Virus record (IMG/VR): IMGVR_UViG_3300032334_002567
Location: 248,001-312,000 of that record
Strand: one strand, 5' to 3'
Length of the DNA stretch: 64,000 nucleotides
Shown here: positions 1-10,847 of the stretch, piece after piece
Numbering within the stretch: the stretch's first letter is position 1
Layout of the letters: each line of letters begins with the position of its first letter
Program-made: the position numbers and the translations under genes
The notes under the pieces: generated by a model
The model's database searches: none
What the model saw: only the letters and a program-made list of their open reading frames with translations
Told to the model about the DNA's origin: nothing

Positions 1-113
1 TGGGTTCATTTTATCCTTTAATTTGGTTATTTATATCTATCAGAGTAAATATCTTTTTAGATTGAAAAGCATAAATAAGAATGAATTATTTATAGATTTG
101 GAGTTTTTAAACT

Positions 114-650
114 ATGCAAAATAAACAAAATATTAATGAAATGTGGCCGTTTTCAACATCAGATCTTTATCATCCTGATGCTATGAAAAAGATTAATCTT
201 AAAGACCTAGAACGTAGAATATACAAATCAATAAATAGCTATAAAGACATGCTTTTAGATGCGTCTAGGAAGCAAGGAGAAACGGACGATAATATCCATC
301 ATGATGTGATTAGGAAGGATCAAGAACATAGAAGCATAGTAAAGTTTATTGCACAACTCTTTGCTCAGGTTTACGATTACGAGAAAGGTTCTACGAAACT
401 AAAGCCAAGTTTTTTTAGCGACACAGTTTTTGAAAAAGTAGCTCGTTACGCAAAGAACAAGCTCGGATATCATGCAGATGAGATCGCAGACCACCTCAGA
501 CAATTAAATCCAGCTTCTTTAGAGGATCTATACAACATTTGGCGTCCAGGTTCTTGGACTGGAATGAGGGAAAATATGAGCTTTTATAAAATGATGCAAA
601 TCATGGAATCGAAATCTGCCCCTCAAGGTAAAAGCATTAGAAAAAAATAA
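114..650 (+). CDS. hypothetical phage protein
   Basis: 178-aa ORF with GGAG RBS upstream; no recognisable motif. Confidence 0.7.
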   Translation: MQNKQNINEMWPFSTSDLYHPDAMKKINLKDLERRIYKSINSYKDMLLDASRKQGETDDNIHHDVIRKDQEHRSIVKFIAQLFAQVYDYEKGSTKLKPSFFSDTVFEKVARYAKNKLGYHADEIADHLRQLNPASLEDLYNIWRPGSWTGMRENMSFYKMMQIMESKSAPQGKSIRKK

Positions 651-742
651 AGTTACTAATATATAAAAATATGTGTTTTTTGCTATTTTGGCAACAATCC
701 ACGCTCTAAAGATCAAGCATCTATTAATGGTTAGTAATTTAT

Positions 743-3700
743 ATGGGAACATTTGCAAACAATAAAGACAATAAAACTACTATCAGAATGTCTGGTGGTA
801 AGTTTTTTATAAAGTACAATAACTCTTTAACACTGGGCGGATATGGATCAACGATAAGCAACTTTAATCTGACCCCTGTTATTAACTACCAAAAATTAAA
901 TTATTCATTAAGCGTTTCTGGTTCTTCTCTCACGTTAACCGATACACAAATAAACCAAATACAAGCACTTAATCCTGACGGATTGCTAATAGAAAGCAAC
1001 CAAAACAGTATAGATCTACAAACCGGACAATCAATCAGTTTTAGTCTATATTACCCAACATCTGCCACAAAATTAAGACAAGGTGGAAGTATAGTTTTAT
1101 CTATTCTATCATCATTGTACTACTCGATGGTGAAGAAAGATGTACAGGATATACCCTCAAAAATAAGCGCCAGTTTAGGAATAGATATTTCCCAATATGT
1201 AGGTAGTCAAAATGACACAACACCGTCAGGAACAGTTGCTGAGACTATTAGTAGACTTCAGGTTTTATCAACAGCTTCCCAATCTAATATTTCAAATTCT
1301 ACATTTACTCATGTTCTAGATAGTATCAGTGAAATAATAGGTTCAGGTGTTTCTGCCGCTACACCCACGCAGTTTTTTAGCAATAACGCATCAGATATTG
1401 TTACGAAGATTCAGAAAAAAGCATTGGGTCTAGCAGATAATCAAAGCGTTCCAAATCCAACGGCATTATCGAACTTGGCTCAGAACATAAATTCTATAGC
1501 TCAAAATCAAGTTGACCAAACCAACGCAGGCAATATTGTTTCTTCTATAGTCTATTCTTCTCAAGTATTACAAAGCATAGCAACTCCACTTACAAATTCT
1601 ATAACTTCACAACAGATAAATTCTGCGGCATCAAGTGTTATATCGAGTTTGACACCAACAGCCACACCAACACTAACTAATACACCGATACCAGCAACAA
1701 ATACACCTACGCCAACTAATACACCCATACCAGCAACAAGCACACCTACACCGACTAACACACCCATACCAGCAACAAGCACACCTACGCCAACTGCCGC
1801 AGTGTCGATTTCATATGCTAACAAGTTTGGTTACGGTAACGGCAGCGTTGATGCAGCGTACTCGGTTAGCGGCACTGGAACGATAACCGCTAGCCTGACA
1901 GGAGGTGGTGACAACTCTGACACTCGGCTCTGGCTTCTGATCGGAAGCTCTGGATCTCTCAGTTACACGGTGACAGCCAACAGCGAGGACGGTTACGACG
2001 GTGGGCGGTTGTACTTGACATCGGCATCACCGGCTGTGCACTCCTTTGGTCAGCATTGGGCTATCCCGTCAATCTCTGGGCTGACGAATGTGTCGGGGGC
2101 TGTTTCTGGTACATCAACTTCTAGTGGCACGATAGCAGTGACCGCCGGTCAATATTTGGTACTGCGGTACACCAAGGATGATAGTTCGGTGCAAGGCACA
2201 GACAGTATCACGGCAACTTTGACGCTCACGGCTGGCACACCTACACCGACTAACACACCGACTAACACACCGACCAACACACCTGTACCACCAACAGCCA
2301 CACCTACACCAACTAACACACCTATACCAGCAACAAATACACCTACACCAACTAGTACGCCGATACCACCAACACCAACACCAACCAACACACCAACCAA
2401 CACACCAACCAACACACCAACAAATACACCTACACCAACTAGTACGCCGATACCACCAACACCAACACCAACCAACACACCAACCAATACACCAACTAAC
2501 ACACCCACACCAACTAACACACCCACACCAACTAGTACGCCGATACCAGCAACAAATACGCCTACACCAACTAATACACCTATACCAGCAACAAATACAC
2601 CTACACCAACACCTACATCTGCACCATCTGGCATTATTCTTAGTACAAACACAACGCCAAGAGCACTAATGGGTGGTGGAGTAAATTATAATCCAACATT
2701 CATAAACAGCGACTACAGAGCATACTATTCTTCTTCAATTGTGAACTACCAAAACACTAGCATACTAAACGGCACACTTCCTCTACAGAATTGGAACAAC
2801 ATAAACAATTACGGATTGAACATAAGTCCATATGTATTCAATTTTATGATTCCTACGGTTTTGACAAAATATAGGTTGTGGAATGGATTTATGGCCAATG
2901 TCTACAGAGAATTCGGAGAAGGTCGTCAATATTCCGACATTGGCAATCAGACGCCCCAAGGCTGGACGATACAGGGAAGTAATGATGATCTGAATTGGAC
3001 AACAATAGACACAAGGACAAGCCAGGCAAGACTGCCATACGCAACAAGCGTTGATCCATCCGTAAGTCCGTATAGTGAATTCACTATCGCATCTCCAGCG
3101 GCATACAAATCCTACAGAATGAACATAACTGATACCGGTAGAGATGCTTACGATTGTGGAAAGGGCGGATGCTCGTATGACACGCAAATAGGAGAAATAC
3201 AGTTATGGGGCTATGAAAGCCCGAGTACAAGTTGTGCATTGCACGGCTACAATACCAATCTTCCATTCGTAAAGTATCTTAACAGTTCGGGTGCCGTTAG
3301 CGACTCCGTGTTTGTAAACGCATTTAGACAGTCCACATCAAGAGGAAACCTTTCCAACACTTGGACTTGGTGGAATACGGGCAAGCCAGTCGGAACAATA
3401 ATAGATACCGGATATATGGGGGTTGATTATCCTATCACGATCACTTCCTACAAGATGTGGACTTCGGGCATCAATAGTTGGAAGTGGTATGGAGCAAACA
3501 CGTTTGGAAGTTGGACCTTGTTTGATACAAGAACAAGTGTGTCATCTGGCTCCAATGTTACCTTTTCTATAAGCTCTCCTACTTCTTACAAATATTACAA
3601 GATAGAACTTACAGGATCTTCTAACCAACCTTGTTATAAGTCTGGGTGTTGGAATGAAGGAAGAGTGAACGACATACAAATAAACGGATATTTAACATAA
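743..3700 (+). CDS. Pro/Thr-repeat virion adhesin/fibre-like protein with C-terminal discoidin (F5/8 type C)-like domains
   Basis: 985 aa; two PTNTP/PTPT repeat blocks; C-terminal domains with [20 protein letters not shown]...IGEIQLWG pattern typical of galactose-binding-like folds. Confidence 0.65.
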   Translation: MGTFANNKDNKTTIRMSGGKFFIKYNNSLTLGGYGSTISNFNLTPVINYQKLNYSLSVSGSSLTLTDTQINQIQALNPDGLLIESNQNSIDLQTGQSISFSLYYPTSATKLRQGGSIVLSILSSLYYSMVKKDVQDIPSKISASLGIDISQYVGSQNDTTPSGTVAETISRLQVLSTASQSNISNSTFTHVLDSISEIIGSGVSAATPTQFFSNNASDIVTKIQKKALGLADNQSVPNPTALSNLAQNINSIAQNQVDQTNAGNIVSSIVYSSQVLQSIATPLTNSITSQQINSAASSVISSLTPTATPTLTNTPIPATNTPTPTNTPIPATSTPTPTNTPIPATSTPTPTAAVSISYANKFGYGNGSVDAAYSVSGTGTITASLTGGGDNSDTRLWLLIGSSGSLSYTVTANSEDGYDGGRLYLTSASPAVHSFGQHWAIPSISGLTNVSGAVSGTSTSSGTIAVTAGQYLVLRYTKDDSSVQGTDSITATLTLTAGTPTPTNTPTNTPTNTPVPPTATPTPTNTPIPATNTPTPTSTPIPPTPTPTNTPTNTPTNTPTNTPTPTSTPIPPTPTPTNTPTNTPTNTPTPTNTPTPTSTPIPATNTPTPTNTPIPATNTPTPTPTSAPSGIILSTNTTPRALMGGGVNYNPTFINSDYRAYYSSSIVNYQNTSILNGTLPLQNWNNINNYGLNISPYVFNFMIPTVLTKYRLWNGFMANVYREFGEGRQYSDIGNQTPQGWTIQGSNDDLNWTTIDTRTSQARLPYATSVDPSVSPYSEFTIASPAAYKSYRMNITDTGRDAYDCGKGGCSYDTQIGEIQLWGYESPSTSCALHGYNTNLPFVKYLNSSGAVSDSVFVNAFRQSTSRGNLSNTWTWWNTGKPVGTIIDTGYMGVDYPITITSYKMWTSGINSWKWYGANTFGSWTLFDTRTSVSSGSNVTFSISSPTSYKYYKIELTGSSNQPCYKSGCWNEGRVNDIQINGYLT
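1653..2625 (+). repeat. two blocks of low-complexity ACACC(A/T)AC repeats encoding Pro-Thr linkers
   Basis: tandem ACACCAACC/ACTAACACA units at about 1653-1795 and 2236-2625. Confidence 0.9.
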
Positions 3701-3709
3701 AGGTGATAT

Positions 3710-5119
3710 ATGCCAACAGCAAGAGCATTGGTCGGAGGAGGCGTAGTTTATGACAATACAAATGTTGATTCAAAATATCAACCATACTACCAGTTCAGAG
3801 CAACAGACAGATATCAGATGTATACAGGTAGAAATAATGGTTATATGTATCACGGAAGTGCGAGCATAATGCCCGCATCAACTCTGTACGACGGCAAACC
3901 CGGAGGGAATTATTACTGTAGCAATTTGTTCTCCGGGATTCTTCCGTACCAGAATCCGAACAACCAATGCTATCTGCTCGACAACCTAGGTCAATTAAAT
4001 AGTCCGAGTATCTCTTACTACATGATGTTCGGATTGCCCGTTACCATAACAAAGTACAGATTGTGGAATGGATTTATAGCCAATGTTAAAGCAAATTTGA
4101 GATGGGCATCGGTAAATGATTTCGGCAATGAAACTCCTCAAGACTGGGCGCTTTATGGCACGAACGACGGATTTTCTTGGAATCTTATTGATTCAAGATC
4201 AAGTCAGGCAAGATTGCCGTATGCGACAGCCAATCATGCAAAAGATAGTTCATACAGCGAATTCACAATATCCAATCCGACTCCGTACAAAACCTACAAA
4301 CTTGCTGTGACCAAAGGGGGGAGAACAGCCACCGATTGTAGAAAAAGCGGTTGTAGTTACGCCATGTATCAACTTGGAGAAATGCAACTTTGGGGATATG
4401 AAAGTCCAGACACCAATTGTTCCATACATGGAATTGATACGATATTCCCAAAAGCTGTATATCCCACAAGCAACGGATCTTTAAGTACAGAATCAGTAAT
4501 AACTTACCAAGGAATTAGTTCCTTTTCAAAGATTTTTACTTTATGTCCATCTTACATTGAAGTTAGATCTGATGCCAAGGATGGCGGGGGTAACGCTTGG
4601 CCAGGAAGAGACTCTCACCCTCAAAGCGAATTCGTAAATGGCTCATGGGTGTCCAAATATTGCATACAATCAATTTATTACTATGGATACGGTGTGCCCA
4701 GCAGAATATCTTATGCGTGGGCGAGATCATATGAAGGATGGGGATTTAATTCTAGTCTAACATATGTTCCTATTGGCACCATATGGGGAACAGGCTACAT
4801 AGACTTTGGAGCGTCCGTAACCATTTCTTCTTACAAAATCAGAGGGGGAGCAGAGTGGTATAATGGAGATATTTCTCCCAATTCTTGGACATTATATGGA
4901 TCCAACGATTTCTCGTCCTGGACCAGCATAAGCAACATATCTTCCAATTCCGCCATGAATTATTTGACATACACAAATTTCACTATATCATCCCCATCAT
5001 CGTACAGGTATTATAAAATGGAAATAAAAGGTGGCAAAGCTCAACAATGCGGAAAAAGCGGATGCACCGCATACACGGCCAGAATTTACGACATGCAGAT
5101 AGTGGGGAAAATATCATGA
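3710..5119 (+). CDS. tandem discoidin-like domain protein, paralogous to the C-terminus of 743..3700
   Basis: shares [35 protein letters not shown] and CxKSGC segments with the upstream gene. Confidence 0.7.
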   Translation: MPTARALVGGGVVYDNTNVDSKYQPYYQFRATDRYQMYTGRNNGYMYHGSASIMPASTLYDGKPGGNYYCSNLFSGILPYQNPNNQCYLLDNLGQLNSPSISYYMMFGLPVTITKYRLWNGFIANVKANLRWASVNDFGNETPQDWALYGTNDGFSWNLIDSRSSQARLPYATANHAKDSSYSEFTISNPTPYKTYKLAVTKGGRTATDCRKSGCSYAMYQLGEMQLWGYESPDTNCSIHGIDTIFPKAVYPTSNGSLSTESVITYQGISSFSKIFTLCPSYIEVRSDAKDGGGNAWPGRDSHPQSEFVNGSWVSKYCIQSIYYYGYGVPSRISYAWARSYEGWGFNSSLTYVPIGTIWGTGYIDFGASVTISSYKIRGGAEWYNGDISPNSWTLYGSNDFSSWTSISNISSNSAMNYLTYTNFTISSPSSYRYYKMEIKGGKAQQCGKSGCTAYTARIYDMQIVGKIS

Positions 5120-5646
5120 GAGGCGTCTGTGCAATATATAACGGTAAGGCTCTCGCCCTCGTCACAAGAAGCGGCAGTCACGCCTTGATGAATTTGATGT
5201 TGCCAGAGGATCATATAAAAACCCATCCAGAACACCTGAAAGAAGAGCTTTGGCACCCAATAATGAATTTGCAAGGTCACGATCTGATTCTAGGACTCCC
5301 AGAATGCGAAGTCTGTTGCATGATAAGAAATCCCGTAGATAGATTTAGAAGTGCTTGTGCGAGAAGAAATAAGACTGTAGAAGAAGGTTTGTTGGAAGAT
5401 GAAGTTCACTTTTGGACTATGGAAAGTATGGGCCTTTTAAATGATAAAATTAAATACTTTCTATTTCCAGAACAAATTAATGAGTGTGCGGATTGGTTAG
5501 GATTACCAACTCCAGTACCAAGACTGAACGAAGAAAAAGACGAAAAAAAGCCATTTCTAAATGAAAAGCAACTTAAATTAGTAATCGAACAATACTATAA
5601 TGATAATGAGTTATATCAAAAATTAAGGGAGAATTATTATGAGTAA
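5116..5646 (+). CDS. sulfotransferase-like protein
   Basis: TRSGS (5'-PSB-like) and RNPVDRFRS (3'-PB-like) motifs; start moved to the ATGA overlap at 5116. Confidence 0.6.
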   Translation: MRGVCAIYNGKALALVTRSGSHALMNLMLPEDHIKTHPEHLKEELWHPIMNLQGHDLILGLPECEVCCMIRNPVDRFRSACARRNKTVEEGLLEDEVHFWTMESMGLLNDKIKYFLFPEQINECADWLGLPTPVPRLNEEKDEKKPFLNEKQLKLVIEQYYNDNELYQKLRENYYE

Positions 5647-6169
5647 AGGTTATATGTGGCATAATGGATCTGTGGGTTTGGCCTTTGTTTCAAGAAGCGG
5701 AACACAAATATTGTTTAAGGAAATTATTTCTAAATACAGCCCAGAATCAACAGCAGATTTCGTTGTATCAGACACAGAATGGAAGCCGCTGTCTAATTTA
5801 GAATCCGTAAAGAACTTGGATTCTTTAAATACTTCTGATTTAGGTTTTGCTGTTATTGTCAGAGATCCAGTTGAAAGATTTAGAAGTTCTTGTGTAAGAT
5901 TAAATTACTCTGTTGAACAAGCTCTAAATGATCTAGAAAATGTTCACTTGATATCACTCAAAAACATGGGTTTATTGGATTCACCCAATGCCAAATGTTT
6001 TCCTTACTCAAACGAAGGTTTAGCTAGTTGTTCTTCGTATTTGGGCTTGGATAGCAGTCCATCAGTCCCAGAAGAAGATGAAAGCAAAAAACCAGTTCTA
6101 ACACAGGAACAGATAGACTTAATTAAATCAGCATATTCATACGACTATGAGGTTTTCAGTAATTTATGA
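5639..6169 (+). CDS. sulfotransferase-like protein (paralog)
   Basis: SRSGT and RDPVERFRS motifs; similar to 5116..5646 and 19711..20223. Confidence 0.6.
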   Translation: MSKGYMWHNGSVGLAFVSRSGTQILFKEIISKYSPESTADFVVSDTEWKPLSNLESVKNLDSLNTSDLGFAVIVRDPVERFRSSCVRLNYSVEQALNDLENVHLISLKNMGLLDSPNAKCFPYSNEGLASCSSYLGLDSSPSVPEEDESKKPVLTQEQIDLIKSAYSYDYEVFSNL

Positions 6170-6666
6170 AAATATTTGGTATAGGATTAACAAGAACTGG
6201 AACTACATCTCTAACTGAAGCATTAAAATTACTTGGCTACTCAGCAGTTCATTGTCCTATGTCATATGAAGAAATAGAAACTCACGAAGTAAGCACAGAT
6301 ACTGCTGTTGCTGCAAGATTTGAGTTTCTAGATCTGCTTTATCCCGGATCCAAGTTTATACTAACGTTCAGAGATTTAGATTCTTGGATAGAAAGTGCAG
6401 CTTTTTTAAGAAGATCAGATAAAGATCCAATTTGGCAACTTGAGACTAGAGCTAAACTTTGGGGTTCGCTTGTTTTTGATAAAGAAAAATTCATTGAGGG
6501 ATATCACAAACACCATTCAAAAGTTCTGCATCACTTTAGAAACAGACCTAATGATTTTTTGATTTTAGACTTAAAAGCAACAGAAAAATTCAAAAAGCTT
6601 TGCAGTTTTCTGGATAAGCCAATTCCAAGTGCCGACTATCCACATCTAAATAAAAGAGGATTATGA
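6166..6666 (+). CDS. sulfotransferase family protein (Sulfotransfer_4-like)
   Basis: IGLTRTGTTSL..AL..LGY, KFILTFRD..SW..S, LC.FL..P.P...YPH.N pattern. Confidence 0.8.
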   Translation: MKIFGIGLTRTGTTSLTEALKLLGYSAVHCPMSYEEIETHEVSTDTAVAARFEFLDLLYPGSKFILTFRDLDSWIESAAFLRRSDKDPIWQLETRAKLWGSLVFDKEKFIEGYHKHHSKVLHHFRNRPNDFLILDLKATEKFKKLCSFLDKPIPSADYPHLNKRGL

Positions 6667-7250
6667 TGGAAAAAGATGAAAATGTAATAGTGATAAGAAA
6701 CTTTGCCTCATCAGAGGAGGTTCAAATTCTAAAAGATTGGCAGGTAAAAGCTGTTGAAGAAGGTCAATTTGTTGATGGAATCACTGGAGATTGGGATAAA
6801 AAAACTTTTACTACAACAAAAACTAGACTCACCAATCGCATGAGTCAGAATATCAACTACCCGGAATTAGTAAAGACTTTACAAGACAAGATTCGTCAAA
6901 CATTTCCAATCCTATCAGAAGCCACAGTAATTACTGGTCACGGTAAAGATGGAGTGGTTGTTAGCATTACATACAATGACGGTGACGTTTATAAACACAA
7001 AGATCCAAGTGTGGGAGAGGGAGTTGTCGGATTGAGATGTAATATTCTTGCTAGTAAGGCAGAAAGTGGTGGAACAATTCATGTTGAAGACAAAACATAT
7101 GATCTAAATGAAGGCGATATGATGTGCTATCTGGTCACAGAACTATATCATAGCGTCGAAGTTTGTCATGGAGACAACCCCAGAACGCTCTTTATGTTTG
7201 GTTTTGTGATTAACGAGGAGTCTTGGAAAAATCATATAAATTCTAAATAA
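6663..7250 (+). CDS. 2OG-Fe(II) oxygenase (prolyl-hydroxylase-like)
   Basis: HKD...GG...H.V......R double-stranded beta-helix signature. Confidence 0.75.
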   Translation: MMEKDENVIVIRNFASSEEVQILKDWQVKAVEEGQFVDGITGDWDKKTFTTTKTRLTNRMSQNINYPELVKTLQDKIRQTFPILSEATVITGHGKDGVVVSITYNDGDVYKHKDPSVGEGVVGLRCNILASKAESGGTIHVEDKTYDLNEGDMMCYLVTELYHSVEVCHGDNPRTLFMFGFVINEESWKNHINSK

Positions 7251-7306
7251 ATTCTAAATAAAATCTCTATATAATTGTTAGGATTTCATTAGGAGGGATT
7301 TTTTAT

Positions 7307-7561
7307 ATGAATTCTATACGATATATAACCAGAATTTTGTTTTTAGCGGTTCTTTTTTCTTGGATAGGTACCAGTGTTTCAATGCACGAACTTGATCTGC
7401 TTATACACAGTCCATTTGAAAAACACATGGCCAAAGATCTTTTTTACGGCTATGAATCTGTGCGAACCTATTATGAACTTTTACCTTACGCCACAGCCTT
7501 TCATTTCTGTATAGGCCTTATAGTTGGAATAATTTCTAAACCGGGCGATTTACAAATTTAA
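7307..7561 (+). CDS. small membrane protein
   Basis: two hydrophobic segments; AGGAGG RBS. Confidence 0.65.
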   Translation: MNSIRYITRILFLAVLFSWIGTSVSMHELDLLIHSPFEKHMAKDLFYGYESVRTYYELLPYATAFHFCIGLIVGIISKPGDLQI

Positions 7562-7581
7562 TTAATGTGCTTAAATAAGTT

Positions 7582-8070
7582 ATGATAAACTTTCAAAATT
7601 GGTTAGAAAACAGAATACTACAAGAGAATTACCAACCAGAATTTGGTGGTACTCTAAAGGTAAAACCTAATCCAACTCAGCTTATAGAAATACAAAACAG
7701 AGTTTTAAGCACCTATCCAGACCTTAAACCTCTTCCACAAGACAAATTACATGTCACTATGTTACATCAAAAGTTAGCAAAGCCATTGGCTACAGCTACC
7801 ATACCTCCACTTAATACCGAACTATCTTTTAACCCCACAGAAGTATATTTGGTAGAAAGAGACGGAAGAAAGTCAGTGTTCGCTGTAGTCAACGAACAAA
7901 AACCTATAAGAGATTATATGATGAATCTAAGCCAAATGCTAAGTGTAGCCATGGAGCCAAATAGAGTATATCACGTTACCGTAGCGAATCTAACAGGAAA
8001 TGTGGCAGACTCAGTAGGACACACAGAAGAATCACCAATAATGAATGGTGCAAATAAAGTCAGTGTGTGA
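7582..8070 (+). CDS. 2H phosphoesterase (Acb1/gp57B-like)
   Basis: two HxT motifs (LHVTM, YHVTV) about 75 aa apart in a 162-aa protein. Confidence 0.7.
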   Translation: MINFQNWLENRILQENYQPEFGGTLKVKPNPTQLIEIQNRVLSTYPDLKPLPQDKLHVTMLHQKLAKPLATATIPPLNTELSFNPTEVYLVERDGRKSVFAVVNEQKPIRDYMMNLSQMLSVAMEPNRVYHVTVANLTGNVADSVGHTEESPIMNGANKVSV

Positions 8071-8156
8071 GCCTTCTTTAGCCGGTAGTTCATATAATGG
8101 TGATAAATATACTATAATAATTGAAGACGCCAATGTATCCCAAATTGGCACGACTT

Positions 8157-8229
8157 GCTGGTGTAGCACAATTGGCGGTGCAGCTGACCTGTAATCAGCA
8201 GGCTGTGGGTTCAAATCCCACCGCCAGCT
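8157..8229 (+). tRNA. tRNA-Thr(UGU)
   Basis: cloverleaf: GCTGGTG/CGCCAGC acceptor, GCTGA-CCTGTAA-TCAGC anticodon arm, GTGGG-TTCAAAT-CCCAC T arm. Confidence 0.92.
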
Positions 8230-8297
8230 TTTAAAATTATCGGATTGTTTTCGAAAAACACAATAGGCTAACTCATGTATATCCAAAGGGGATATAC

Positions 8298-8948
8298 ATG
8301 AATATGTCGCAAGCAGGTAAGTTAGGTGCAATTGCATCTTTAAGCACTCACAATAAAAATAAAGAACTAAGAGTAGAAAAATACGACAACAATCCAAATA
8401 GATGCTTTACATGTGATTCTATTTTAGATTATGAGTCAAGAAGTAAAAAATTCTGCAACAGATCCTGTGCAGCAAAAACAAACAATATTGGGGTTACAAG
8501 AAATAAGAAAAATTTTAGTGAATCTTATTGTCCATCATCTAAAAATAAAAAAATTAAGTTCAAACCAGATTGTTTGAATTGTAGTAAGTCACTTAAAAAA
8601 AATGCATCAAAGTTTTGTTCTCTTATTTGTTTCGCTGATTATCAGTGGAGAACAAAAAAAGAAAAAATTTCTTTAAACAGCAAAGTAGAAGGAATTAACC
8701 AGGCTAAAAGGTATCTAAAAGAAGTAAGGGGAAATTCGTGTGAAATGTGTGGAATAGACACATGGGCAGGAAAGCCAATCCTACTTATTTGCGATCACAT
8801 AGACGGAAATTCAAGTAATTGGGAATTAAAAAACCTAAGACTAATTTGTTCTAATTGTGATGCTACAACACCTTTCTATAAAAATAAAAATAAAGGAAAT
8901 GGAAGATCATATAGGAGAGAAAGATATAAACTAGGTAAAAGTTTTTAA
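8298..8948 (+). CDS. HNH homing endonuclease with N-terminal Zn-binding repeats
   Basis: CxxC...KFCxxxC repeats; CEMCG...DHIDGN..N....NLRLICSNC HNH core. Confidence 0.85.
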   Translation: MNMSQAGKLGAIASLSTHNKNKELRVEKYDNNPNRCFTCDSILDYESRSKKFCNRSCAAKTNNIGVTRNKKNFSESYCPSSKNKKIKFKPDCLNCSKSLKKNASKFCSLICFADYQWRTKKEKISLNSKVEGINQAKRYLKEVRGNSCEMCGIDTWAGKPILLICDHIDGNSSNWELKNLRLICSNCDATTPFYKNKNKGNGRSYRRERYKLGKSF

Positions 8949-9027
8949 ATATACGTCGGCTAAGATATTGAAGGTTTATTGACTATATAATTTGTGATGA
9001 AAATGCACCCTCATAAAACAAATTAAT

Positions 9028-10110
9028 ATGCGAATATACCTCAATAACATAGGCGGCAAAAGACTCGTTAGAAGAGCTAATGATAAGAATTATTTAAAGG
9101 CAGTAGTCGCATACTTTGATAATTTCACAACACAATGGACAGCTTTAGGTCTTACGGGACTCGGTAGCGTTGTATCGAAAGTCACCAAAGCTCAACCCGG
9201 TTACGGTCAATATAGCGGCAACATTGCTGGTTTGGGTGCAAAAGTCATGGTTAATGGAACCATTCACATTAATGGAACTATGTACTCAGACGATGAAATT
9301 AATATTTACAAAAATGAAACCATAGTATACGCAACTGGCAGCAGTAGCGGTACTGATTTTACATTTAATGATGTTACATTTTCTGTAATTTATGGAGACA
9401 CTATAAGATTTGGCATACAGCCTCTGCCAGGCTTTGGTGGTGATTATTATGGCACTACTGGTGGCAGTAATGCACCTCTTAGTATTTGGATAGTACCATC
9501 GGGTCCAACACCAACTCCAACACCTGCACCAACATCAACACCAACTCCAACTCCTGGCCCAACTAATACTCCAACCAATACACCAATACCCCCAACTGAT
9601 ACACCAACACCTGGCCCAACTGATACACCAACACCTGTGCCTCCAACTCCAACTCCTGGCCCAACAAATACTCCCACATTAACACCAACTGCTACGCCAA
9701 CACCTGGCCCAGCACCATTTAATAATTTTAATTCTACTTGGAACGCTGTTGGATTTACTGGTTCTGGATCGTCAGGAGACCCATATACGAGAACTTATGC
9801 TCAATACTCCGGCGATATTGGAGGAGCACAGTTTACTGTTATATCTACCGGTACTCTACGCATAACCGGCTTAGTGGGAGAAGATTTTGGTGTAAATATA
9901 TATAAGCAAACTAACGGCGTTGGATCCTTTACTTCTATCTCTTCGTCCGGCGATAATTGGAGTGGCGGCGGTGGTTACTACATTCTTGACTTAACTCTCA
10001 GCGTTTCGGCTAATGACGTTATTCAACTAGATGATACCGGTAATGGATTTAGTATCTGGGGCGGCGGCTTAGGTCAGCCTGCTGGAGCACTTAACATTTG
10101 GTGGCAGTAG
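9028..10110 (+). CDS. Pro/Thr-linker protein with two related beta-rich domains (virion appendage-like)
   Basis: central PTPTP repeat; both flanking domains share FN/F..W.A.G.TG.GS and YSG.I.G segments. Confidence 0.6.
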   Translation: MRIYLNNIGGKRLVRRANDKNYLKAVVAYFDNFTTQWTALGLTGLGSVVSKVTKAQPGYGQYSGNIAGLGAKVMVNGTIHINGTMYSDDEINIYKNETIVYATGSSSGTDFTFNDVTFSVIYGDTIRFGIQPLPGFGGDYYGTTGGSNAPLSIWIVPSGPTPTPTPAPTSTPTPTPGPTNTPTNTPIPPTDTPTPGPTDTPTPVPPTPTPGPTNTPTLTPTATPTPGPAPFNNFNSTWNAVGFTGSGSSGDPYTRTYAQYSGDIGGAQFTVISTGTLRITGLVGEDFGVNIYKQTNGVGSFTSISSSGDNWSGGGGYYILDLTLSVSANDVIQLDDTGNGFSIWGGGLGQPAGALNIWWQ

Positions 10111-10145
10111 TCTATTATTTCACAAATAACAAACTCTTTTAGAGT

Positions 10146-10334
10146 ATGCTAAAACCAATAATAGTCATACTTTCTATAACACAGCCATTAACAGCTTCAC
10201 CTAAACCAAAAGAGCCGTATACAATCAAATATAATACTTTATCTCAAGAGCAGCTCATCAAAGAGCAAAACCAAAGTATATTAAAAATGATGTTTAAACA
10301 AATGATAAAAGAAAATAATAAACCTAATCCTTAG
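10146..10334 (+). CDS. hypothetical protein
   Basis: short ORF with hydrophobic N-terminus. Confidence 0.4.
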   Translation: MLKPIIVILSITQPLTASPKPKEPYTIKYNTLSQEQLIKEQNQSILKMMFKQMIKENNKPNP

Positions 10335-10773
10335 GTGCTTGTTTAATCATATTTTTCAACATTACTTCATTTTTTTCTTCAATTACTTTGTTGAAATCTT
10401 TGGTATGATAATTATATTCCCAAGGTCTCCATCTTATTTTTGTGCTAATTATAGTTTTTACCTGTTCATTAGTCTTTATATCAGTATATTTGACTATAGC
10501 CCAATAATACTCTTCTGATTTAACAACATCTTCAAGAATTTGAAAATCTGACGGTTGACCCAACTCAGTCCATACTTTTTGCCTACCCATCATTTTAACA
10601 TAATTTTCTATGTTATCATTGTATTTTATAGGAAAGAATATATGATTAATTGATCTTCTTACAATAACAGCCTTTTCTCCAACATATTCTGAATTGCATA
10701 TGAATCCTATGGCAATTCCCGCAAATAGAAATAACCAATGATAGAAAATTGATCTAATAATAATCCTGTGCAT
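10324..10773 (-). CDS. membrane-anchored hypothetical protein
   Basis: N-terminal hydrophobic helix. Confidence 0.6.
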   Translation of the reverse strand: MHRIIIRSIFYHWLFLFAGIAIGFICNSEYVGEKAVIVRRSINHIFFPIKYNDNIENYVKMMGRQKVWTELGQPSDFQILEDVVKSEEYYWAIVKYTDIKTNEQVKTIISTKIRWRPWEYNYHTKDFNKVIEEKNEVMLKNMIKQAPKD

Positions 10774-10847
10774 AAAAATCCTTATAAAATAGATATTTTA
10801 TGTAGGTCAGACAGACATAATTAAATAGACTCAAAACCCGCTAACCT

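Noticed and set aside
1561-9677. Val/Gly-rich minus-strand ORFs (1561, 2149, 9447)
   Set aside because: Antisense shadows of the Pro-Thr repeats.
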